Shown piece by piece: positions 16,191 to 27,300 of a stretch of 64,000 nucleotides of DNA. The stretch lies in IMG/VR virus record IMGVR_UViG_3300023108_000002, one strand, 5' to 3'. Every line of letters begins with the position of its first letter. Position 1 is the stretch's first letter. The notes below the pieces were generated by a model, which worked only from the letters and a program-made list of their open reading frames with translations, made no database searches and was not told the origin of the DNA. The position numbers and the translations under genes are program-made. This DNA is from a virus. Taxonomy: Duplodnaviria > Caudoviricetes.

Positions 16191-17015
16191 ATGTATCAAG
16201 AAGCAGGAAGAACAAACGCTTATGATATTGGCCTGTATAGTCAATTTGAAGGATCATATCCAATAGACGGACCTAATGCTATTGAAAATGATTATATTCT
16301 TTTTACTGGATATGAAGGAAAAGTTCCTGGCTATACAAAAATAAAAAGTCGAGGTGCTGCTTCTGCCAGGGCAACTGGAACTGTGAAACTTTATATTCCA
16401 GAAAATGTTAAAAATTCTACAAAATCAAATTATGAAGGAACAAACGGCGGAACTCTCTTATCGGCCGGTGTAAACGCTGGTGGAAATGTTGATGACCCTG
16501 CTTCTCTCAGTGGGGTTACGAAGTATTTGAAACAATTAGGCATTGATGCCATCACCGCGGTCGGTAATGCTGCCATTGGCGACAACGCAGCTGTAACTTC
16601 TCAGGCAGTAGGAGTTTCTGGTGCAGCAGCAAATAGACATGTTCTTTTTCAGGGTGTAGATTATAGACAATTTACATATCAATATAACATGATGCCAAAA
16701 ACAGCAGGCGAATCTCAACAACTAACAAATATAATTAAATATTTTAGAGCACAAATGTCACCCGAATTGACGGCGGGCGGAAACTTTTTTACTCCACCAA
16801 ACTTTTTTGGAATTAAATATTATATTGATGGAAGAGAATCTTCGCATTTAAATAAAATCAAACCCTGCGTATTAACTGACTGCGAAGTTGAATATGGTGG
16901 AAATGGTTCGTTTGGAATGTTTAGAGAAACTGGAGCTCCAGCGGTTGTTAACTTAACTCTTACTTTCCAAGAAGTTCAACTTATAACAAAATCAGACGTA
17001 CAGGTGGGTTTCTAA
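16191..17015 (+). CDS. gp48: baseplate tail-tube cap (T4 gp48-like)
   Basis: LYIPE.V.N.....YE, LFQGVDYRQF.Y...M.PK...ES..L..II.YF, KPCVL....V.Y, L.L.FQE..LITK. Confidence 0.85.
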   Translation: MYQEAGRTNAYDIGLYSQFEGSYPIDGPNAIENDYILFTGYEGKVPGYTKIKSRGAASARATGTVKLYIPENVKNSTKSNYEGTNGGTLLSAGVNAGGNVDDPASLSGVTKYLKQLGIDAITAVGNAAIGDNAAVTSQAVGVSGAAANRHVLFQGVDYRQFTYQYNMMPKTAGESQQLTNIIKYFRAQMSPELTAGGNFFTPPNFFGIKYYIDGRESSHLNKIKPCVLTDCEVEYGGNGSFGMFRETGAPAVVNLTLTFQEVQLITKSDVQVGF

Positions 17016-17016
17016 A

Positions 17017-18252
17017 ATGTTTAAAAATATTCAAAATATAGTATATGATATGAACCTTGATGGTAGGGTTCGCCCAGTAAAGAATATTTTTAAATATTCT
17101 TACATAATTCAATCATATGTAAATAATCCATTGTCAACTTTTGACTATACTGTTTCTGACAGCGATTCAGCAGAATTGATTGCAGCTCGTTATTATGGAG
17201 ATCCAGAATTATCTTGGATAATATTACTTCTAAATGATATTAAAGATATTTACAGCGAATGGCCAAAATCAGAATATTCTTTGATGAATTATTTAAAGAG
17301 AAATTATAATCCCGAAAGATTATCATATTTTGACCTAAAAAGAGTAAAGGCGCTGACAAAGAAAAATAATATTCCTGATCCAAAAGACGGCGATGTAATA
17401 TATTTGGAAGATTTGGATCAGACTCATAAGTTTGATGGCCCAAGTCAAAATTGGAATTTTATTTCTAATGGAAAACCACAATCAAGAATTTACAATAAAG
17501 AATATTTTATAACTTTAAACCAATATGATACTCCACAGTCATTTGTAGTTTCTTCAAAAACCTCAAAAATACCTGTCACAAATATGACTCTTAGAATTTA
17601 TAGAGGTTCTACTGTAAATATAAACTTTACAGGACAAGATGTTTCTAGATTATACATTACTAGAGATGATGGTGGTAGTTTCACTTCTGAGAATTATTTT
17701 AGAGAATATAGAGAAGGGATTGAAAATAATAGATTGTCAAATGGATTATTGACATTTAATGTTCCTATGGATGCGCCTAATAGATTATATTATCAATCTT
17801 CTAAGTATAGAGATGTGAGAGGTTCTATTGATATTTTAAATAGGGAAGATGAGTATTATGTTGAACATTCTGATAAAAATTCCTTACAGCAAAGAAGCGG
17901 CAATAGAGTAGGACAACTTGCTAGAGTTGGAAGTGATTTTTATATTTGGAACGGAAATATTAAAACTATAAACAATTTTATTAGTACTTGGGAAAAATTG
18001 ACAACTGATAGTAAAGTTCTTCATTTAGACATTGCAAAAAAAATTCCTAAACATTATATACACACAGAATATGACCATATTATTTCTTCCGAAACATATA
18101 CACATTTATCCGATCAAGAAAAAAAATTATATAAAAAATATTCATCATATGAATATGAATTTGATCTAAATGAAAATAATAGAATAATAAAAATTATGAG
18201 AAGAGAAGTTCTTTCAGAATTTTTGAAAGAATGGGAAAGGATTTCTAAGTAA
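17017..18252 (+). CDS. gp53: baseplate wedge subunit (T4 gp53-like) with large internal insertion
   Basis: Y.V.D.D.AE.IA..YYGDP...WIILLLN.I.D...EWP; C-terminal YEYE..LNE.NR.IKI. Confidence 0.85.
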   Translation: MFKNIQNIVYDMNLDGRVRPVKNIFKYSYIIQSYVNNPLSTFDYTVSDSDSAELIAARYYGDPELSWIILLLNDIKDIYSEWPKSEYSLMNYLKRNYNPERLSYFDLKRVKALTKKNNIPDPKDGDVIYLEDLDQTHKFDGPSQNWNFISNGKPQSRIYNKEYFITLNQYDTPQSFVVSSKTSKIPVTNMTLRIYRGSTVNINFTGQDVSRLYITRDDGGSFTSENYFREYREGIENNRLSNGLLTFNVPMDAPNRLYYQSSKYRDVRGSIDILNREDEYYVEHSDKNSLQQRSGNRVGQLARVGSDFYIWNGNIKTINNFISTWEKLTTDSKVLHLDIAKKIPKHYIHTEYDHIISSETYTHLSDQEKKLYKKYSSYEYEFDLNENNRIIKIMRREVLSEFLKEWERISK

Positions 18253-19529
18253 TGTCTGATTTTGCAAAGTTAGGTGATTATCAAATAAATGATTTGACAA
18301 TAACATCACACAATGGATTTCAAAGAAGTCTAATACCAATGGCAATGTCTATTCAAGTTTTTGAAGATATATTCTCTCCAAACATGACATGTAGAATTAG
18401 TATTAGTGATGATGGTGGAATGTTAAATTATTTGCCGATTATTGGACAGGAAAAGGTATCTTTTTCTTTTGTGACTATGGGTGGTACAACATCTATTAAT
18501 ATGAATATGATTGTTCATAAAATATCTGGCCTCACTGCCGATGGATTGTCTCAGTTATATAATTTAGAACTAGTTACCGAAGATATGATAAAAAATTTCG
18601 AAATGAGAATATCAGAAAGATTTGAGGGTAGTGTTACAGAAATAGCACAACAAGTCTTTAGTAAAATGGGAACAACAAAACAGTTGGAAGTTGAGCCCAG
18701 CGATGATAGATATGATGCAGAAACTGGAATCGTAATTCCAAATATGACTCCGATAAAGGCTTTAGATTTTTTAAGTGGAAAGGCATTTTCTGATACTTAT
18801 AAAAGTTCTTCTTATACATTTTTTGAAAATTCTAAAGGATATCATTTAAAACCTATTGAAGCTTTGGCACAAGGAGCCTCAAAAAATAAATTTTATCTTG
18901 GAGATTTGAAAAATGTTGATGGGCCAGGAGGACAGAATTCGGAAAACAAGAAAGTAATTGATTATTCTTTTGATTCTAATTTTTCTGTTATCGATAACAT
19001 AATGAGAGGAATGTATGTCGGAAATTTAATTACCGTTGACCTTCTTACAAGAAATTTCAAAACTTTAGAACATTCATATTGGGATAATTATATGGATTAT
19101 CAATATATGAATGATGGCCCTATACATGATGTTAGCGGAACAGGTGTTCAATATAATCCAAGCACATTATATATTGCTCCCGAAACAGAACTAGAAACTG
19201 GAAAGCCTTTGCAGAATCAAGAAAAGATATTTCTTCAAAGAAAGTTTCACAGACAATTGATGCAGAACATAAAATGCACAATAAGTGTATATGGAGATAG
19301 TGATTTGACAGTTGGGGATTGTATTGATTTGAATGTTCCATTATTTAGTTCGACAGACCCAGATGAAATAGATAAATATTACAGTGGTAAATATTTAATC
19401 ATGGCAATTCGGCACAGATTGCAATTTGGTAGATATATTACAGATATAGAAGTTGTTAAAGATTCTTTCAACGATTCGTTGCCATCTCCAATACCAATTC
19501 CAGTAGAAAATCGAGGAAACGCCAGATGA
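18252..19529 (+). CDS. baseplate hub / tail protein (gp27/late-control-D-like)
   Basis: I.VFEDIFSP..T..I.I.D......LPIIGQE; FFEN..G.H....E.L; GDS.L.VGD.I.L.VP; YSGKYLI.AIRH; position between gp53 and gp5. Confidence 0.75.
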   Translation: MSDFAKLGDYQINDLTITSHNGFQRSLIPMAMSIQVFEDIFSPNMTCRISISDDGGMLNYLPIIGQEKVSFSFVTMGGTTSINMNMIVHKISGLTADGLSQLYNLELVTEDMIKNFEMRISERFEGSVTEIAQQVFSKMGTTKQLEVEPSDDRYDAETGIVIPNMTPIKALDFLSGKAFSDTYKSSSYTFFENSKGYHLKPIEALAQGASKNKFYLGDLKNVDGPGGQNSENKKVIDYSFDSNFSVIDNIMRGMYVGNLITVDLLTRNFKTLEHSYWDNYMDYQYMNDGPIHDVSGTGVQYNPSTLYIAPETELETGKPLQNQEKIFLQRKFHRQLMQNIKCTISVYGDSDLTVGDCIDLNVPLFSSTDPDEIDKYYSGKYLIMAIRHRLQFGRYITDIEVVKDSFNDSLPSPIPIPVENRGNAR

Positions 19530-21844
19530 TGAATTTTATGGGTAGAGAAGGTATGGTCTGGTGGCAGGGTATCATCGAAGATATCAAAGACCCTGAGGCT
19601 TTAGGTAGAGTTCGAGTCCGTATTATCGGATACCATACCGAAGATAGACAACAATTACCTACAGATGCGTTACCTTGGGCATCTCCAATTATGCCAATTA
19701 CCTCTGCTGCGATAGCCGGTATAGGACAATCTCCTACTGGTGCATTGCCTGGCGCATGGGTTATGGGTTTCTTTAGAGATGGTGAGGCAGCTCAAGATCC
19801 TATTATATTTGGAACAGTTTATGGGCGTCCAAACGATACATCACAGACAACAGAAGATGGTTCATATCCATCTTCAGATGAGAGGGTGCCTGGCGCGTCC
19901 ACAAACAACGAGACAGATGTTAACAGACTTGCAAGGGGAACTGGCGTCAGTGAAGAATCTGGTGGCTCTGGTGATGCTAATGGTGTCAGTGATGGTGCTG
20001 CAAATACTGGAGATCAAACTGCACATGGAAAAGTGGATCAAGACGGAACGCCATCAGATTCTGAAAACAAAAAAAGACTTTCAAAGATTACTACTAAAAA
20101 TGGAAAATCAACATATGTAGCTACAATATTTGCAGAAAATTTTCAAAATTTTATCAATGAACTAGAAAAAACACCAGCACCAAATCATCCAAATGGATAT
20201 ACGATTTATAGTATAGGTGGGTATAATCATAGAAAATCCGCAGCGGGAAGTGGTGCATGGAGTTATCATGCGTCTGGTGCATCTATCGATATCAATCCTA
20301 GAGAAAATCCATATAGTTCGCAATTTATAACTGATATGCCATCAAACACTTCAGCTATTGCAGCAAAATATGGATTGGGTTGGGGCGGTGATTGGACAAG
20401 CAAAAAAGATACAATGCATTTTAGTATGGCTTCGGCAGAGCGCGGTTCTGTAAAATTAAAAAGAAATGGTGTTGTCCCAGATCCAAACACTGGTAGTCAA
20501 GAAGGTAGTCCAAGTTCTTCAGGTTCGTCCAGTGTTTATGGTAAAGGGAGTCCATTCCTTGGCGAAGGAAACACAAGGTATACTGCTCCGCAAAATCAAC
20601 CGAAAATACAGACACAAGCACGTCCGGCCGTGAACGCGCAAGATTGGCAGTCTGGAAAAACTTATCAGGTTGGAGATGTTGTAAAAAGTCCAGTTCTTTC
20701 AAAGGGGCAAAATTCCACAGGAGGCCCGCCACATACAATGAAAAGCGGAATTATCTCTTCTGCTTCAGCATTGGGAATTTCTGCCGTTGATTTGGCTACA
20801 GTAATATCATACGAAACTGCTGGAACATTCAATCCAAGAAAACCTGGCCCTACAACCAAATGGGGTCAACACAAAGGGTTAATTCAATTTGGAGAACCTC
20901 AGGCTACACAGTATGGAGTAGACTTTACTACAGAACAATCTGCAATAGATACTCAATTAGGATCAAATGGCGCAGTAGTGAAATATCTACGAGATGCTGG
21001 TGTGAAGCCAGGAATGGGACGATTGGAAGTTTATTCTGCAATCAATGCCGGTGGAATTGGAGAGAAATACTATGGAAGAAGCGATAGTTCTTCTGGTGGA
21101 GCTGCTGGTACAGTCAGAGATAAAGTAAACAACCAAATGGCCGGACATGAAGTCAAAGCAAATAGACTCCTGCAAGGTACTGACGAGGCCAAATTTGTTG
21201 AACAAACTGTATTTATCGCAAGGAAGGCTGGTATTTCTGGAAGTGATGGTGGGCCTAGAAAATCTAATCTAACTGATGGTGATGTTCTTTGGGAAGTTGC
21301 AAATAACGAAATTCAACAACAATCTGTGAGTGAACAATTTGCAGAAGCCGAAGCAGCAGCTGCAACAACCTCAGATGGATATACCACAAACAATAAAGGA
21401 ATTTCCAATACTCCTGCTGAAAACAAACCAGCGGCTGTACAACAAAAAGAAAATAGTATTGATGAAACGGATTTGTTTAAAGAACCAGATAATCCTTATG
21501 CAGCAGAATATCCATACAATAAAGTTTTGTTTACTGAGTCGGGACATATTCAAGAATTTGACGATACGCCTGGTGCAGAAAGAATACATACTATGCACAA
21601 GTCAGGAACATTTCAAGAGATACATCCAGACGGCACGACAGTAACAAAGGTTGTGAAGGATAATTATCAGATTGTCTTTGGAGAAAATAACATATATGTG
21701 AAAGGGAATCTGAACATAGTCGTAGATAAAGATGTAAATATAAAAGTGAGTGGCGCTGTTGATGCCCAGATTGGTAAAACTCTGAATTCGCAGAGTGGTG
21801 GAAATACAACAATCAAAGCACCAAGAATAGATCTAAACCCATAG
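19526..21844 (+). CDS. gp5: baseplate hub and tail spike (T4 gp5-like) with M15 peptidase and second lytic domain
   Basis: OB-fold start WWQGIIED..DP..LGRVRVRI.G.H, LPWA, GAWVMGFFRDG..AQ.P; C-terminal YPYN.V..TESGH..EFDDTPG.ERI...H.SGTF.EI.PDG. Confidence 0.9.
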   Translation: MMNFMGREGMVWWQGIIEDIKDPEALGRVRVRIIGYHTEDRQQLPTDALPWASPIMPITSAAIAGIGQSPTGALPGAWVMGFFRDGEAAQDPIIFGTVYGRPNDTSQTTEDGSYPSSDERVPGASTNNETDVNRLARGTGVSEESGGSGDANGVSDGAANTGDQTAHGKVDQDGTPSDSENKKRLSKITTKNGKSTYVATIFAENFQNFINELEKTPAPNHPNGYTIYSIGGYNHRKSAAGSGAWSYHASGASIDINPRENPYSSQFITDMPSNTSAIAAKYGLGWGGDWTSKKDTMHFSMASAERGSVKLKRNGVVPDPNTGSQEGSPSSSGSSSVYGKGSPFLGEGNTRYTAPQNQPKIQTQARPAVNAQDWQSGKTYQVGDVVKSPVLSKGQNSTGGPPHTMKSGIISSASALGISAVDLATVISYETAGTFNPRKPGPTTKWGQHKGLIQFGEPQATQYGVDFTTEQSAIDTQLGSNGAVVKYLRDAGVKPGMGRLEVYSAINAGGIGEKYYGRSDSSSGGAAGTVRDKVNNQMAGHEVKANRLLQGTDEAKFVEQTVFIARKAGISGSDGGPRKSNLTDGDVLWEVANNEIQQQSVSEQFAEAEAAAATTSDGYTTNNKGISNTPAENKPAAVQQKENSIDETDLFKEPDNPYAAEYPYNKVLFTESGHIQEFDDTPGAERIHTMHKSGTFQEIHPDGTTVTKVVKDNYQIVFGENNIYVKGNLNIVVDKDVNIKVSGAVDAQIGKTLNSQSGGNTTIKAPRIDLNP

Positions 21845-21853
21845 GAAACTAAA

Positions 21854-22315
21854 ATGGCAACACTTCAGACGAATAAAGATTTTGATTTGAAATTCACCAG
21901 AATGCCTAGTGGTGATGTGAAAATTAAAACAGATAAACCACAACTAAATCAATTTCCGGCAATAGAACAGAGTTTAATTAATATTTTGTTAACAAATAAA
22001 GGAGAAAAACCTTTTAATCCGGCTTTCGGTGGTGATTTATATGCAAGTTTGTTTGAACTCATTCCAGATATTGAGTTTTTATCTATTCCAGGCCAGATAA
22101 ATATAAAAGAAAATATAAAATTAGTTCTAGAAGAATATGAACCAAGAATCAATGTAATGGAAGTTAATTTTGTTGGAGATGGAGAAAATAGATATGGCAA
22201 AGGTTCAGTTCATAAATCTACTGATAATAATCAGATCAACATTGAAATTAAATATATTGTTCCACCAGCAACACAAATGTATGAATATACACTACAAGTA
22301 AAAAGAGTAAGATAA
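21854..22315 (+). CDS. gp25: baseplate wedge subunit (T4 gp25-like)
   Basis: AI.QSL.NILLT.KGEKPFNP.FG..L...LFE; YEPRI.V. Confidence 0.9.
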   Translation: MATLQTNKDFDLKFTRMPSGDVKIKTDKPQLNQFPAIEQSLINILLTNKGEKPFNPAFGGDLYASLFELIPDIEFLSIPGQINIKENIKLVLEEYEPRINVMEVNFVGDGENRYGKGSVHKSTDNNQINIEIKYIVPPATQMYEYTLQVKRVR

Positions 22316-24358
22316 ATGGCCAAGAACATTAACATATCCGAATTAGATTTCAATTCAATTAAACAATCTATCAAGGCATATATGCAGTCAGACGAGACTT
22401 TCAAAGATTATAATTTTGAAGGATCTGCCCTTAATACTCTTACTGATATATTAGGATACAATACATATTATAATTCATTTTATTTGAATATGATGGCAAA
22501 TGAAATGTTTCTTGAGACTGCAAGGTTGAGAGATAATGTTGTTTCTAAGGCGAAATTGCTGGGTTATACACCGACATCAAACAAATCTTCTGAAGCAACT
22601 ATTGTTGCTACATTCGTGATAGAAAATTCTGTGAGCGATAGATTAAATTCAAAATATACAAATATTAAAATTGATAGAAATTTTGTTTTCAAATTGAATG
22701 CAGATGGCGCAGAGTATAGATTTGTCCCTAAAATTAATAGAGTTGTAAATCGTTCTCAAAATCCTATAGATATGGGTAACGGAAAATATCGCCACATATA
22801 TGAAATATTTGATTTGGAATTGATTCAAGGAAACGAAGTTCAAGAAATGTATACAGTAGATACTTCTGATCCAAATCAGAAATTTTATATTTCAAATCAA
22901 AATGTAGACATATCCTCTCTTAAAGTTTATGTAAAAGAAAATCAATTTAGCGATACAATTGAAGAATATAGCATCAATACAGATACAATGTCGTTAACAG
23001 ATATTTCTACAAGATATTTTTTACAAGAATCTACTGATGGAAAATATGAAATATTATTTGGAGATGGTGTTCTAGGAAAAGAATTAGTGTCTGGTAATGT
23101 GATAACTATAAAATATATTACTACTGCTGGTGCAGCAGCAAATGGTTTTGGTGGAAAAATGACTTTGTTGGGTAAAAGTATTCCAGACGGAATCAAACCA
23201 GCATCATCTACTTTGGTTCCAAACAACCTTGAAATTGTCGGAAGAACTTACAATGGCGCAGATAAAGAAAGCATAGAATCTATCAAGTTTTATGCTCCAA
23301 GAACTTTTGAAGGACAAAATAGGGCAGTAACTGCTAGAGATTATATGACAATTGTTCCAAAAATATATCCACAGACTGCATCAATGAATATTTGGGGAGG
23401 AGAAGATAATAACCCACCCCAATACGGTAGGGTTTTTATTTCAATTAAACCTAATACTGGATTATATCTTTCACAACTTGAAAAACAATCGCTTCAAAAT
23501 AATTTGATAAAGAATTATTCAGTATTGGGGCTGACTCCTGTCATTGAAGATCCAGATTTTATTAAACTAAAATTAAACATTCAAGTTAAATATGATAATG
23601 AAGCAACACTTTTAGATGAAGCAGATTTACTAGGCGCAGTAAAAAATTCTATTGTAGATTTTAATGAAAAGTTTTTAAATGATTTCAATAGTTATTTTAG
23701 ATATTCTCAATTTTTGGCTAAAATTGACCAAACAGATGAGTCCATCACAAACAACTTGACTACCATGATTTTAATTAATGAACAAATAGCAACACTCAAT
23801 ACTGCTTCTGCATATAACTTTAACTTCAGTAATGCAGTTTCTCCAAACTCAATTTATTCTAATGCTGTTTATGTGTCTGGTGGAGATGTTCCATATTATA
23901 TTGATGATAATGGACTTGGTTCTATTAGAATGTATTATATCAATAATTTTAATACAAGAGTATATAATACTCTTCCAATCGGAACTATAAATTACACTAC
24001 AGGAACGATCAATATTCCAGATTTAAATATATCTGGAGTTTTAGGTGGAGATGTGTTTGGGGTTGCATGTACTCCAGCATCAAATGATATCTTTCCCGTA
24101 AGAAATCAAATTATATTTATTGATATGGAAGAACTGGATGTAACTATGTTGCCAGACACAGACGAATTCAACGAGAACTATGATATTTCAACTCAGAGAG
24201 TTGTTGTAAGTAGAAATGTTTCTACAACATATAACACAGGAAATTCATCTATTTCATCATCTGGAGCAAATTCTTCAATAACGAGAGTTTATAGTGACAG
24301 CGGGCAAACAAGTTCTGGTTCGTCTGGAACCAATACTGGTACTGGTAGTGGATACTAA
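22316..24358 (+). CDS. gp6: baseplate wedge subunit (T4 gp6-like)
   Basis: ELDF.SIK, DYNFEGSAL..L.D.L.YNTYYN, LETA.LR.NVVS.AK.LGY.P, ESIESIKFYAP..F..QNRAVTA.DY, PP.YG.VFIS.KP. Confidence 0.93.
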   Translation: MAKNINISELDFNSIKQSIKAYMQSDETFKDYNFEGSALNTLTDILGYNTYYNSFYLNMMANEMFLETARLRDNVVSKAKLLGYTPTSNKSSEATIVATFVIENSVSDRLNSKYTNIKIDRNFVFKLNADGAEYRFVPKINRVVNRSQNPIDMGNGKYRHIYEIFDLELIQGNEVQEMYTVDTSDPNQKFYISNQNVDISSLKVYVKENQFSDTIEEYSINTDTMSLTDISTRYFLQESTDGKYEILFGDGVLGKELVSGNVITIKYITTAGAAANGFGGKMTLLGKSIPDGIKPASSTLVPNNLEIVGRTYNGADKESIESIKFYAPRTFEGQNRAVTARDYMTIVPKIYPQTASMNIWGGEDNNPPQYGRVFISIKPNTGLYLSQLEKQSLQNNLIKNYSVLGLTPVIEDPDFIKLKLNIQVKYDNEATLLDEADLLGAVKNSIVDFNEKFLNDFNSYFRYSQFLAKIDQTDESITNNLTTMILINEQIATLNTASAYNFNFSNAVSPNSIYSNAVYVSGGDVPYYIDDNGLGSIRMYYINNFNTRVYNTLPIGTINYTTGTINIPDLNISGVLGGDVFGVACTPASNDIFPVRNQIIFIDMEELDVTMLPDTDEFNENYDISTQRVVVSRNVSTTYNTGNSSISSSGANSSITRVYSDSGQTSSGSSGTNTGTGSGY

Positions 24359-24360
24359 GA

Positions 24361-27300
24361 ATGTCAAGCAACATCAAAGATATATCAAATTATATAAGAC
24401 AACAACTTCCTTACTATATTTCTTCTGATGAAGATTATGGTAAGTTTGTAAGATTTCTAGAATTATATTATGAGTGGTTATCTCAACCATCAAATGTATC
24501 TGATGTAACAGGAAAAATTATTGATTATACCGATTTAGACCAAACTCTTGACCTTTTTGTTTCTATGTTCAAAAGCGAACTGGCTGATAGTTTTCCAAAC
24601 ATTACCAGAATAAAAGGTATTGAGTTTTCAAATGAAAATACAGAAAATAATACACAATCTGCAACTATTACAACTTCAGATCAAAATTTCTTTGCAGATG
24701 GGTCGAATCATACTTTTAAATTAAATTATTTCAATCCTCTTTATTATCTTGGAAACCCAGATGATAATAGTAAAGTTGTAGAGATTAAGGTTTTCACAAA
24801 TTTAGCAGGATCGGCGAGAGGGACAGATAGTTCTTTGGATGGGGTTCTTGATTTCTTAACATCTCCTGATGTCGATCCAAATGGTTCTGCTGGTTCATAT
24901 AATTTACTCGTAGAAAATACTGATTATGTTTTGATTGACAATACAATTAAATTTATTGATATTAATGGTGACCCTGAAGCTCCAACCAATAATGATTTAA
25001 TTAAAGTTAGATTTTATATTGAGTCTATATTACAGACAACAGGAACTGCTGATAGTGAAGATGATGTTAAGAAAATTGTCTCTGATGCATCTATCAAAAA
25101 AACTAGTTACACAAATCAAAAAAACTTTTTGAAATTTATGAAAGATTTCTATCAATCAAAAGGAACAGAACCATCATATAAATTTTTGTTTCGTTCTATT
25201 TTCAATGAAGATATAGATATCTATTATCCAAAAAATAATTTATTCAAGCTGAGCAACAATGTTTGGGACAGCACTAGAAGTTTAAGAGCAATTCCATATT
25301 CTCCTTCAAAGGTTACTGATCCTAAAGTAGAAACTCCATATAGAATAAAAGGTAAAACATCTAATGCAACCGCTACAGTAGAATATTATAATGATGTTAC
25401 TATTGGTTCATATTCGGTTAGAGAATATTTTATAACAAATATCTCTGGTGATTTTACAAATAAAGAAAAAATTGAAATTCTTCAAACAAATAACACAACA
25501 TATGAAGAGGAATTATATGTATGTGTGGTTGGATTTGATATTATTGAGCCCGGCCAAAACTATCCAAGAAATAGACCTCTCACAAGTTATGTTTCTGATG
25601 CTGGTTCTGGGACTGGATTTTCTGCAATGATTCAACACACAACGATGGGTTCTCTTGATGAAATTGAAATCATTGGATCTGGTTCTAACTATATTACTGG
25701 CGAACAAATAGATTTTGCAGAAACTGGTTCGTTAGGATCTGGTGCTCTTGGTGAAGTGAGCGAAATTGACTCAGTTACTACAGACTATGAGGTTGTTTTC
25801 AATCAAAATCCAGAGTCTTTAGAATATCCTGTTCTGTCATTTGATATTTCTCTTTCTGGTGATATATATCCTTCAAATTCCACAAATACAATAGTTTCAA
25901 TTGAAAATATTGATTCTAAAACAAACGATGTTTTAATTTTATATGATTATGAAAATTTAATTCGTGATAGAAGAGTATATCAAAATGGAATGTCATTTCA
26001 TGGGTTTTTGTTGGATAAAAAGTCAAATACAATTGCATATAGACACAAAGCATCTCTAATGCCTGTGGAAAATCCACTCGATACTGTAGTAAATACAAAT
26101 TTTGGAGAAGTTACTGATACTAGAATTAGACAAGATTTGGATATTAGAGTCGATTCTGTAGATGCAAATGGTGGTATTACTTCAGCATCTGTTATTACTC
26201 CTGCGGCTAATCCAACTTCGATTTTTCCTAATATAATTCAATTAACTAACCAAACAGCAGTCTTAAACAATGGCCTTGGATTTGGAGCCAGTTTTGATGT
26301 TGTTGTTGAGAATAATACTATTACTAGTCTCACTTTAAATGCCGATGATAATTCTCAATTATATTCAATTAATGATATTGTAAAAATTGATGGTTCTACT
26401 TTTAGACCAGATGGCGAGAGCATTAATGATGATGTATTCATTAAGATCACAGCTGTTGCGGGTGGAGTTGTTGTGACTGATATTGAAAGCGATGCATATA
26501 CAACAACTAGTGTAAACGGTACTGGCGCAGTTTGGGATATTGATACTACACAAGCAACATATCCAAAACTAATATCAGTTTTATTGAGTGATGCAGATTC
26601 TAATGGAAATCCATCTCCTACTAGTGGATATGAAGTGGGAGATTCATTTACGATACCTGGCTCAGTTATCAACGGCACTGATGGTGAACACGATCTGACG
26701 ATTGAAGTTACTGAAGTGGATAATAATGGAAGAATTCACAGTTTCCAAACGCTAGGTCGTCCACAGGGCGGACAGATATCATCATTTACACAAGAAAATT
26801 TTCCAACACTACCAGATGCAAAACATGAATTCTATAATCCAACATTTGTTGCAAACAATCCAAACGGCGGGCCCGTTGGTGTTGGATTAAAATTTTCTGT
26901 GAATGTAGATGGAAGTTCATATTCTGTTATAAATCCTTTTGGTGTGTCTCGTGGCTCAGGATATGAGGTGGGAACTACTCTTACTATCAATGGTGAATTA
27001 TTGGGAGGAACTACTGGTGTAAATGACCTTGTAATTCGAATTGATGATGTAGTGGACAATATTAGAGATGGAGAGTTTATTTCTGGACAAGTAAAAGAGT
27101 TGTCTGTTGTTAGTGGAACAGCTGTAAATAAAACAACATATAGAAATGTAAGTGTACAAAATGGAAAAGGAAGGGGTGCTAGATTTGATGTTGCTGTTAA
27201 TTCTGGAACCTATTCTATTACAATTCCAGCGGGAAAAGAGGGAACTGGATATTCTATAGACCAAACTCTTACTATTCCTGGCCAAGTTCTTGGTGCCCAA

